Assembly: GCF_964188315.1 (NCBI RefSeq)
Contig: NC_135661.1
Coordinates: 73,656,001-73,720,000, forward strand
Reading direction: 5' to 3'
Source: Podarcis muralis
Taxonomy: Eukaryota
DNA: 64,000 nucleotides
Position numbers and translations under genes: made by a program. The notes beneath the pieces are model-generated. The model ran no database searches. It was not told the DNA's origin and saw only the letters and a program-made list of their open reading frames with translations. Each line of letters begins with the position of its first letter. Within the stretch, counting starts at the first letter, position 1. This document shows positions 12,386 to 23,500 of this stretch, in pieces.

Positions 12386-15129
12386 GTTCTGGACAATCTT
12401 TTGGGGGCCACACGCCACTGGTGGGCAGGGTCAGAGGCAAAAGTGGGCGGAGCAACTAATCTGAATTTTCGCTTTGTACCTTTGTTGCTTTAGACTAGTT
12501 TCTACTTACCTTCCTGGCAAGTCAGAAGTATTATTATTGCGCACAGGCAAGAGGCGAATAAGTTGGCAGGGAAGGGGAGGTCTGCCCTCAGTTGTGTGCA
12601 GCAGAGGAGGATGCAGAAGAGGGGGGAGGAGGGAGGGATGGGGTGCCCCCTCTCAAATATTTTGCTCAAGTTGGTGCTGATGACAGGAAGATTGTCTCCC
12701 GTAGCTGGACTGGGTTGTGTGAGTGCTTGGCTGCGGTGGAAGTTTGGGGTGAGGTAAAAGCCACTTAGAGGCTGGTGTCAGTAACACCATCACTTCAGAA
12801 ACTGTTGCCAAACACATTTAAGCAACCACAATATAGGTATCATTATTCCTTTATGTGCATAATATCCCTTGAATAACCCTACAATCTTTGCATGAAGTTC
12901 ATCCTGTCTCTAGAGTTGCTGTTCATCTCACTTAGCCTTCTATATCAGCTGTTAGGAGGTGGGTTTAAAAAAAAACCCTGAGTGAATTGACAGCAGCAGA
13001 AAATTAAAAGCTGCACAAACACCTAAACATCTGTTTATACAAACGAGGCTGAGGCAACCCATGTCCCCAGCACTATTTTCAATGTTGTTGTAATTTCAAA
13101 TTGCCGTAGCCCACCCTGGGAGCTTGTGGTGAAGAAAGGTAGGTAAGAAACAACAGTTTTAAACTACTGTATTTAAATTTATTGTTTAGATTTTGACTGG
13201 GGAAACCAGCAAATTTCAAACATATGTGAATGCAGCGTATAGAACTCTTGCTCAATGAGTGCTGCTGTTAAAAGGGAAGAAAAAAAGCTCTGGAGAGTTC
13301 CCTCCTGCTTAATATCTCATATTGCTGCTGAAAGGTGCAGAACTAAATTAAATATTGGAAAAATAAGAAGCCGAGAGATCTGAAATGGATAGATCCTTCC
13401 ATTCCTAGCTTCAACTTGCACAGCATCCATGCAGAATGGCCTTTGGATTTCTAAATCTGATGCTGGGTTTGACCCTGGGATTTTATAGCTGAACATCAAG
13501 TAGAGGTCAACAGTTGTAGTGTTTTTCCTGGCATGGAGACCAAGCTTCACCTGCTTAATTTCTGAGTTTGGAATGAAGTTCAATCACAAGTGGAATGCTG
13601 GGGGGTTGGGGGTTGGAGTTGACTAGCTTCTTAGAGAAAAATATAATAAAAATCTTGCATAGCTGATCAAAGGCTTGGGCATGCCAAGGTAGGTTCCTTC
13701 TTCTAATGTGGAGTTTGCATTAGGGTCATCATTGTCCTGCCTTACAGAGGACAGGACTCCGTTTGATGGAATCCTCTGTCTGAAGGTCTGTCTGGTCCAA
13801 ATCTGGTTAATATCAGTTTTCCTCTGTGCTGGACTAGGAATTGTATTCATGCACGTTTTTATGTATCGTTAAATTGTTTAATGGTGTTTTATGGGAAGTG
13901 ATTCACAAATAAGACAGTGAATGACTCTCTCCCTCTCTCTATTGTTAAACAATCTATGGGTTTTTAAACTGCATTGGGGGTTATTGTTTTGTTACTGTGT
14001 TATGTGTTTGGGTCTTTTTATATTGCAAGCTGCACTGTGATCACCGGATGAAAGGCAGTATAGAAATTCAAGTTGTTGTTGTTTATTCTCATATCAACCC
14101 TGTGAGGTAGGATAGGTTGCTTGCTGGTGACTGGCCAAAGATTCATGGCTGAGTGGGGATTTGAACCCTGGTCTTCAGGACACTATTCCAACACTCCAAC
14201 CAAACGGGCTGTCCTTTAAGGGCATGCCTGCACAACTCTGAATGATACAAGAGCTTTGTTGATCAGGACTCTGGCAAGCCAATCTCATCACCCACAGACC
14301 TCCACAATGGCAGCATCCAGCCTGGGTTCTCCAGGCAGACTGGATACGAATTTCTTGGCTCTTGGAGAGGGCAAGGAGGGAGAGAAAGAGTAGAGTTAAC
14401 CATTAACAGGCAGTGGGCCTCTGTTCCTTTTCCCCAGGCGGATGTGTCACCTTACTCTTCCTACAGTGCCATTGTTCTCACCCAGCTGTGGGGCCTCAGC
14501 ATATGTCAGGTCCCATTATTCTGCCACTGCATTATACTGCCGCTTCCATGAAATAAAGAAAAGAGACCCATTAATCATCCAGAGCTGGGAGATGGAGTGA
14601 CCTCCACATCCATCCTGGGCCAGGTGAGCGGCCTTAGCGATGGGAAGCTCTTGGGGAGAAAATTAAGTGGATTTGGGGAGAGCAATTAGGTGCGCTTGGG
14701 GGCCTGCTGCAGGCAGGAACCCAAACAAGGTACTTAGGAGGAGTATTGGTCCAAGAGACTGATTGGTTTAAGTGGTGGATTTAGGGAACTTGAGAGTCTG
14801 GACTTAATGGTCTTACAGGGAACCCTCTCTAGATGATAATGGGTTTGAAAGGCAGTGGAGGATGATTCAGTAGGGTGAATGGGACACCCCACTTGCGGCG
14901 GCAGCAAATGCTCCCGTGAGCCATTTTTTAGTCCTTTTACTGGACTTTCAGCTCACTGGCATCCTCTTCAAGCTCTGGGGAGGGTCTCCTCATGAGCCAC
15001 AATGACTTTCCAGTTCCTTCCTGCCATTTCAGGTGGGGGCGTTGTCTGTCTAATGGCTTGGAAGTATCTAAATGAGACAGTGTGACTTCTTACTGTCTTG
15101 GAATTTGTTTAGTAGGACCAGTTCTGGGG

Positions 15130-15440
15130 TGACCTCTAATACTTGCTTAGTTATTTTGCATATTTCTTGTGTGATTGATGTCCAGAAGAGTTGAATTTTG
15201 GGTCATTCCTACCACATGGGGAGGTATGTGCCTGTGGAGGGGCACTCTCTCCAGAATTTTAGTGAGGTTCCTGGGCGTATTAGCATTAGTTTCCGTGGTG
15301 TTAGGTACAACCTGTAAGTGAGTTTCAGAGTGAGTTCTTTTTGCTGATATGGATTTAAAGGGAGGTTTAGACCACATTCTGGTCCATTGGGTGGGGTTAA
15401 TCTCATAGTTTATGTTGTTTTTTGAAGACAGTGTGACTTC
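15130..15440 (-). mobile_element. Old L1-clade ORF2 C-terminal fragment
   Basis: LKLTYRLYLTPRKL...FWRECPSTGTYLPMW resembles the L1 CWR-C...GT-xHMWW-C motif; degraded. Confidence 0.55.
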
Positions 15441-15690
15441 TGAAAAATGTTTTAAGAGGTGGCACCTGTTAATATGGAATGGTTCATATTGCTCAGTGGC
15501 AGAGCAGGTTCAGTTCTCAGCAGTTCCACAGAGGACTTGGAGAGACCCTTGTCAGAAACCATAGAGAACTCCTGCCAGGAAGTGCAAGTGATGCTTACCT
15601 AGGTGGACCCAAGGTTTGATGTATAATCCAGCTTCCTATGTTACTAATTTAGAAATTAATCTCCCCACACCCTTATATATGCAGCCATTC

Positions 15691-15724
<34 letters not shown>

Positions 15725-16484
15725 ATTACACACAGATTTCCCCCCAAATAACCTTTTTCAGATTTCCCCCCGCTCTTGAGATACATAGCACAACTACAAT
15801 GCTAGAAGAGCTTAATATTTTATTGCTACACTACAATTAAGCTGCAGTTGCAGAAGGCCTCTAGAGGGCAACAGAGCGATAGTTCTACATCCTGGCTGTT
15901 TCTCTCTTCTGACGGCAACAGCAAAGGTCTTCTGAGGAAAGTGGCTTATCTGGAGTGGGGGAAAGAGCAAGATGTTTGTTTTTACTGAAAAGAAATTTAA
16001 GTCATTTTAAGGCCTGCCCCACAATCCCAGCTTGAGTTTGTCCCCTGCTTATCTACATTGTCCTTTCATACTGCAAGAAATTGCAAGCTCAGGACACACA
16101 ATGTGCACTGTGCAGGGGGATATCGCTTCGGACTTGCAACAAAGTCTTTCTTTCAAGGTTATCTACTGAAAGTGTTTGCAAATTTGTGGAGTATTAATCA
16201 AAAATATCAATAAAAAACATTGAAAACAAAATTGCAAAACCTGGAATGAAACCAGTCATTTTAAAACAATTATACATACTAAGAGCATGTGTTAAAATTG
16301 CATGCTAAATTGGGCAGGCTTGCTGGAACAAAAATGCTTTTAGCAGTCGCTGAAAACAATACAGTCTACTCTGTGAACATCTGCTTTGTGTATAACTTAG
16401 CTGGATCTCACCCAGTGTCTCTGCAAAATAAACAAAAAAAATTCCTTGCAGTAGCACCTTAAAGACCAACTAAGTTAGTTCTTG

Positions 16485-16522
16485 GTATGAGCTTTCGTGT
16501 GCATGCACACTTCTTCAGATAC
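16485..16522 (-). ncRNA. Minimal type I hammerhead ribozyme motif (Penelope pLTR, sense copy)
   Basis: Reverse complement reads GTAT-CTGAAGA-A-GTGTGC-AT-GCACAC-GAAAGCTC-ATAC. Confidence 0.68.
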
Positions 16523-16876
16523 ACTGAAACAGAAGTTGCCAGATCCTTCTATATAGTGAGAAGGTGGGGAGGGGTATTACTCAGAGGGGGGTGGGAATGG
16601 GTGATTGGCAGATAGCTGTGATGAGCCTGTTGACGACTATTAACGACTGCAGTAGGTCTTACAGGAAAAAGCAAGGGGTGAGAAGGTGAAAAATGGCTTT
16701 GTCATGTATAGTGAGATAAGAATCCAATGTCTTTATTCAGTCCAGGTGTCTCCATGGTTTTAAGCTATCTGCCAATCACACAGCTATCTGCCAATCACCC
16801 ATTCCCACCCCCCTCTGAGTAATACCCCTCCCCACCTTCTCACTATATAGAAGGATCTGGCAACTTCTGTTTCAGT

Positions 16877-16914
16877 GTATCTGAAGAAGTGTGCATGCAC
16901 ACGAAAGCTCATAC
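16877..16914 (+). ncRNA. Minimal type I hammerhead ribozyme motif (inverted pLTR copy)
   Basis: GTAT (stem I) CTGAAGA core, stem II GTGTGC/GCACAC, GAA, palindromic AGCT stem III, C17 at 16910, ATAC (stem I'). Confidence 0.68.
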
Positions 16915-17265
16915 CAAGAACTAACTTAGTTGGTCTTTAAGGTGCTACTGCAAGGAATTTTTTTTGTTTTGACTATGGCAGACCAACACGGCTACCCATC
17001 TGTATCTGCAAAATAACATATGGAAGTGACTTCCCTATAATATTGAAATGGTAAGAAGGACCACATTCAAGGTGAGATTTTGCAAAAGCTTGAAAATAAT
17101 GTGAAATGATTCTGCAGTATCTTCTGGGGGGGGAGGGAGGTGCAGGAAGGACGTGTGGCTGAGGGCATGGTCTCTGCTTTCATACAATGCCCTGTGAAGC
17201 TTTTTCCTGTTGACTTCCAGGAAAAGCCAGCTAGTTCCCACCCTTCAGGCCTTGGCTTGACATAC

Positions 17266-17580
17266 TTACCATTCACAGTGATCACTCTCCTCCTCATCAC
17301 TGTCCACATGTGACTGTTCTTCAGGAACCTCCTGGTTGTCCTCATGGGTGTGATGTCCTGCTTCTTGCTCAGGGAGGTCCTCTTCTTTCTGGAGGACTTC
17401 TGGTTCTTCTTTCTTAGGCGTAAGCTCTTTAGGGTCTCCAGCCGGTTTGAAATTGTCCACCTGGAACACCCAGCGTCCTGGCACATCCACGTTGCTAGTT
17501 TTTGTAATGTTGATGACTTGAGGAGTGCGGGAGCTCGGGATGTTGTAGTAGTTCTTGTCATCGCCGCTGTTGAAGCCGGC
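17266..17580 (-). CDS. NIDO-only gene exon 6: NIDO end + acidic tail
   Basis: AGFNSGDDKNYYNIPSSRTPQVINITKTSNVDVPGRWVFQVDNFKPAGDPKELTPKKEEPEVLQKEEDLPEQEAGHHTHEDNQEVPEEQSHVDSDEEESDHCEW*; the TAA overlaps a consensus donor TG/gtaagt. Confidence 0.88.
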   Translation of the reverse strand, partial: AGFNSGDDKNYYNIPSSRTPQVINITKTSNVDVPGRWVFQVDNFKPAGDPKELTPKKEEPEVLQKEEDLPEQEAGHHTHEDNQEVPEEQSHVDSDEEESDHCEW

Positions 17581-20500
17581 CTGAAATAACCACAATACCA
17601 GCCTTGATACATGCATAGCAGTCAAATGCTGCTTTGTGGCAAGAAGCAGCAACAGTTTGGACTTCCAGGGAATCTTCCCAGGGTCTCTCCCTCTCAGGGA
17701 AGGAGTCCAAGCACTTGCAGGGTGGACAGGGTTCCTGAACTACTGCAGGAGCTATCAACAAACTGGTTGCTCTGCTAAAGACTTCCACTAAGGTGGGCTC
17801 CCTCAAGGAAAGTGGCTTTTTGCTGCAGAACTACTTAACCCAGGGATGAGGAACCTGTGGCCCTCCAGCTGTTGTTGGGCTCCAACTCTCACCCCAGGCA
17901 GCATGATGGGCTTTGTAGTCCAACAATATCTGGGCAGCCACAGGTTGCCTATCCCTGACTTAAACTCTCCTTTGGTTCCAATGCTCAGGTGTGGGGAACT
18001 TGGACCAAGCTGGCTGTGGATGGTGGGGATTTTAGTTCAGCAACATCTGAAGGGCCAAAGATTCACCAATCCTGCAATATCCAAGTTTCTTGCTTGTCAG
18101 ATATTTGGCCCAGCACTGTTTCCATCCAAATCGTGAGATATCCAGGATGATCATTTGCTGCTTTGCCACACCTGGTCAGAAATATCCCTTAGCAAGATGG
18201 AAGGAAGAGACAACCCCAACCAGAAAAGAATGACAAACCAAGTTGATGGCAAAATTAACTGGGAGGTTCAGGAACCAAGAAGACAAAAACTCAATGGTAG
18301 AGCTTTGCAACAGATAGTCCCAGGTTCAATCCCCAGCATCTTCAGGTAAGGCTGAAACCCTGGAGGACCACTGCTAGTCAGAGCAGACAACAATGGGCTC
18401 AATGGGCTCAGTGTCACCCACTGCCTGTTAGAGGAGACCATTGTAGACCAGACCAACAAAATAAGTCAGCTAGCTGTGTTCCTGGATTTGAATGGAAAAG
18501 CATTTCATTCACTCTGGCACCATAAGGGACTCCGAGCAGCTCTTCTGAGAAAACCGCCTGGAACCAAATTCTCGGCTCACAGCGTGGGCCTACCTGTGCT
18601 GGGATTCCTCCTAAACCTGTTCTGGGATTTCCCTGACTTGCTGCCCCTGTAGTCCATTGGATGTCTGCATAGTTGAGCATCATAAAGGAAACATGGCCAT
18701 CAGTACATAAGATAGCCTGGAAGGTGTTTACCTGGAGCAAAGACAAGCAGAAAGAGTGAGGTCGAGAAGACACACAATGAATTTCATTGCAATTTCCTTG
18801 GCCTATGTCTTTTCCTCTTTGGCTGGCTATGCTCTTCCATGTGGATTTGGCTTCTTGGTGCTACAGCTGCATTTAAGAAAGGGGTGCATGTTTTGACAAA
18901 GTTGGGAGTTGCTTATGATGGGCAAAATATCTATAGAAATTAGGGTTGCTTTGCACCTTAATTTCAAGGGCAGCTTCCTGGGGAAACAGTTCCTATTTCT
19001 GGTATATGTTAACCCTAAAAGGCCTACTCAACTCTTAATTTTGGACTCCAACTTCTTTCATCCCCAACCATATTGGGTGGATGGGAATGGGCATCATGTT
19101 GGGGAAGGCCAATGGATAGCTTTGGTATTTTGTGTGCTATACTTTTAGTGACTCTGACTTCCAGTGACCCTGAAAAGTGAGTATGCAAGTAAAAATTGGT
19201 GGTTATGCTTGAAACAAGCACTCCAGATGAGGCTTGCACAGCAGGGCAGCCCTGGAGTCCAAGGCATCTCTCCCAGCCAGCCTTCAGCCGATGTATCCCA
19301 GTCTTTCTTCTCCCCTCTTCTTCTTCCCACCTTGCTAAAAGACTCCCTTTACCTGTCACTTCACACCCACTTACCCTGGCACCATCTGTCTCCCCAGGCC
19401 AAAGGATTCCTCTTGGATGGTCCATCAACACCTTTTGTCATGTTAACAGATTTGCTCTTCACTGGGCCAGCCAAACTGCTTAGCATAAGCAAGCCCAGGG
19501 ATTCTTGACACAGCTCTGCATCTTGTTCTTTCATCCACATCCCAATTAATCAAAAATCCTACCATTTATTAATTCCTATGGTTTAGGAGGTTCCCCCCTC
19601 CCCAATCTATAATAACACTCAACTACTGTAGATGGACCAATGGTCTGACTCAGCTAGAGACCCAAATTTGGGAAACACTGCTATGTGGTAATCTAGTACA
19701 GAGACCTCCAATGCCTGTATCAGAGCAGAAGCCCATGTTGCCCCAGACAAGGCCCAACTGGAAGGAAGATGCCCGAGCAAATTAGGCTCTTATTTATATG
19801 CGGAATGACTTACCTTACTGGACAAAGATCCGAAATAGGCTACACGGTCCCAGGTGGCAATGAAGAGCCAGGTAGCCGTGAAACTGATTTCAGGGAAGTA
19901 GTTATTAATGTCCCGGGTGACATTTCTCAGCAGTTCTGGTTTCTGCGTCTGCCGGTAATAGACATGGCCACCTAGAATAATGTTGGCATCCGCCCAGTAA
20001 GGGGCAACAAAGGCCTTTCCGTCTACCATGGGGATGGCTTTGGGGGTGTACTCTGGGACGGGCACGGAAAAGGAAACCACCCCATTGTTGTTGACCTGTG
20101 AAGGGGCAGAGAGCAGCAACGTAAGCAGAAACAGCAAAAGGCTAAAGTGCCCCCAAGCAAACCATCCCAAGGACTATTTCCTTCTCACTGCTAAGAATTT
20201 TCAGTTTCTGATCTGAATCCTCCAGGTATCGGCTCCTAGACTCTTGGAGCAGCACAGTGTAACAGGCAAAGGGGGTCGATACCATGACTGGGAAGTGAGA
20301 CTGTGCTGCTGGTCCTACCCCTTGGGTCATGTGCTCAGGCTAGCTGCACTGCTGAGGACATTCTGAATGCAAATATCTGAAGGAGAGTCCCTATTCAGCA
20401 GCTGGTTCATGCATTATTATCATCATCATCATCCTTCATCTGAGGATCACAGAGCAGTTTACAATATAAGGTAAAGGTAAAGGTACCCCTCCCCGTACGG

Positions 20501-23500
20501 GCCAGTCTTGACAGACTCTAGGGTTGTGCGCCCATCTCACTCTATAGGCCGGGGGCCAGCGCTGTCCGGAGACACTTCCGGGTCACGTGGCCAGCATGAC
20601 ATCGCTGCTCTGGCGAGCCAGAGCCGTTTACCTTCCCGCTAGTAAGCGGTCCCTATTTATCTACTTGCACCCGGGGGTGCTTTCGAACTGCTAGGTTGGC
20701 AGGCGCTGGGACCGAGCAACGGGAGCGCACCCCGCCGTGGGGATTCGAACCACCGACCTTTCGATCGGCAAGCCCTAGGCGCTGAGGCTTTTACCCACAG
20801 CGCCACCCGCGTCCCAGTTTACAATATAAAAACACAAAAATACATGCCATAGTAACAAACAAAAGCAATAACCCCCATGTATGTAGTTTAAAAGGCCATC
20901 GATCAATTAGCCAAAGACCTGGGAGAAGAGGAATGTTTTTGCCTGGCACCAAAAGATATGTGATGAAGGTGCCATGTGAGCCTCCCTGCATTGTTGCCCC
21001 TTGCCTAGGCATTTGGATCACCAAGAGTTGCTATGCATGAACTGATGTTCATTGCCTAGCGGCTTGTTTTCAGTCCCCGTCCCCCCCCCCCATCTTTCTG
21101 AGAACCTCCGTCAGTGATTGGCATCGTCCTGCGTTGTTTATCTATTTGTACATGCACACTATTTATAGCCTGCCCTTTGTCAAAAGACCTCAGGGAAGAT
21201 CCCTTGTCCATGGGAACTCTGTCTACCAGCAGGGGCATACCTAGGTTCCCTTGAACCCTTGGTAAGGAGATGTTGGTCACCCAGAGCAGTGAAGGAGTGG
21301 CCTGAGAGATGGCCAGGCAAGTGGGCTCCTAGTCAGAGTGAAGAGGCTCATTTTTGCACCCCCCCCCCCTGGGCCTGCAGCCCTTGGCAGGGGCCAGCCT
21401 TGCCAACCCCTAGGTACACCCCTGTCAAAGCAATGATTCTTCAACATCAACTTTGTTGGAGTGGTCATGTTGTGCAGATGCCTGATTATTGTCTTCCAAA
21501 GCAACTACAGTGGTACCTCGGGTTAAGTACTTAATTCGTTCCGGAGGTTGGAAATGCAGGGAAAGGGAGGGAACCTTCTTCCACATGTGGTGGGATTGCA
21601 AAAAGGTCAGAGGTTTTTGGGAAAATATTTATACTGAAATGAAAAAAAATTTAAGGTGTACTTTCGGAAAAAAACCAGAGGCCTTTTTGTTAGGTTTATC
21701 AGGTAAAGAGATAAAGAACAAAGATTGCAAATTTTTCCAATACGCAACAACAGCAGCAAGAGTCCTACTAGCCCAAAACTGGAAACAGCAGAAAATACCG
21801 ACAATTGAGGAATGGAGAGAGAAATTAATAGATTATGCGGAGTTAGATAGATTGACGGGGAAAATTAGATATTTAAGAGACCAAAGGTTCATAGAGGATT
21901 GGGGGAAATTCGTGGATTATCTGGATAATATAAGTGAAGGACGATTAACGCTAGTAGGCTTTAAAAGAGCTCTGTGATATCAGCAAGAATATTGTCAAAA
22001 GAGAAATGGTAGAAAGGATTTAAATAATGTCAATAGATAGCAGTATATGCGAATATAATGGAAAGACTACGGAGGATTCGCGGAGAGGCTGAAGGAAGTT
22101 CTAAAGAATGAAATCGATGGAAATATGATGTAGACCGTTTAAGTATTTTTTTGTTATGTTTCAAATGAATAAAAATCATGCATTAAAAAAAAAAATAATT
22201 CGTTCCGGAGGTCCATTCTTAACCTGAAACTGTTCTTAACCTGAAGCACCACTTTAGCTAATGGGGCCTCCTGCTGCCGCCGCACTGCTGTAGCACGATT
22301 TCTGTTCTCATCCTGAAGCAAAGTTCTTAACCTGAGGTACTATTTCTGGGTTAGCAGAGTCTGTAACCTGAAGCGTATGTAACCTGAAGTGTATGTAACC
22401 CGAGGTACCACTGTACTCCATTCCGAACTTAAAAATGGAAAGCGTAATGCTGGTGGTCAACAAAAGAGGTTCAAAGACTGTCTCAAGGCAAATCTAAAAA
22501 AAACGTAGTATAAACACAGACAACTGGGAAACACTGGCCTGCGAGTGCTCCAGTTGGAGAACAGCCTTTACCAAAGGTGTCATGGGCTTTGAAGACGCTC
22601 AAACTCAGGATGAAAGGAAGAAAAGTGCTAAGAGGAAGACACACTTGGCAAACCCTCACCATGAGCAGCTCCCGCCCAGAAACCTATGTCCCCACTGTGG
22701 AAGGACATGTGGATCCAGGACTGGCCTCCACAGTCACTTACGGACTCACTGTTAAAACTGTGTTTATGGAAGACAATCTTGCTCAGCTACGAGTGATCGC
22801 CAAAGAAGACGACACCCCTGTGTATCGTTTTAGCATTCCCTGACAGCTAGGGCTTATCTACACTAACCTTCCCTCCTTGCTTTAAAGTTCTGTGCACTCT
22901 TTTTATTTTTGCTCCAGAGCTTTCCCTGTGAAAACCCACCCTTTAAGTGCTCTGACACAGAACTTCAAAGCATTGGTTTCTGCCTGGAAAGAGCAGGGCA
23001 AAAGATAACAAGCCTCTAATCACAGTATTGGCTATCTGTTCTTCCGGCTACAAGAAGATGGAAGTTTGTGGGGTAATGGGCATCCTGAGAGCAGAACACT
23101 TGAGGTTGAAGTGGGAGAGTGGTCACGTTCCCCTTTCCTGTGATTCATTCTTGCTTTGTGCCAAAAGGGATTATACGTACATAAACGCTGTGGTAAGTCT
23201 TGTCGTAGAAGGTGAAAGGTACCAAAATAGGAATCTTAGGGGACGTCCCGTCATCTGCTATGGGGTTCTTCATATCTCCTGCAGCTTCCCCATAGGGATA
23301 CAGGAGGTGCTCTGGACAGAAAGGAGAGAAAACACTTTGATGCCTCAAACCTGACACAAACCTATGAAAATTGGGGAGGGGTGCTGTTGTGTGGCATAAC
23401 AGAGCATCCTCAAAAGGAAGGAAACTGTTCTCTATGGTCTCACAGCTACCAGATTCTGGAAGGAAGATTTGCACAATAGTGACCCCCTAAATACTCTGCT

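Larger units (their letters stand above)
16432..17004 (-). mobile_element. 5'-truncated Penelope-like retroelement with inverted pseudo-LTRs
   Basis: ~190-bp inverted arms (16432-16620 vs 16779-16969). ORF C-terminal remnant KTMETPGLNKDIGFLSHYT* on the minus strand ends at 16702. 12-bp flanking direct repeat TCTGCAAAATAA at 16420-16431 and 17005-17016. Confidence 0.8.
21424..22813 (+). mobile_element. RTE-clade LINE 3' fragment, interrupted by nested MITE and L1
   Basis: HQLCWSGHVVQMPDYCLPKQL (ends 21507) resumes as LHSELKNGKRNAGGQQKRFKDCLKANLKK (from 22416). Confidence 0.8.

Noticed and set aside
13317-13850. Minus-strand ORFs of 75-88 aa
   Set aside because: No splice-compatible domain similarity; weak resemblance to decayed L1 sequence only, too uncertain to call.
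14240-14360. Strong pyrimidine-rich acceptor on the minus strand as a further exon of the NIDO-only gene
   Set aside because: Joining it to the exon 6 donor also gives TG+A stop, and the other frames resemble no VWD/TIL sequence.
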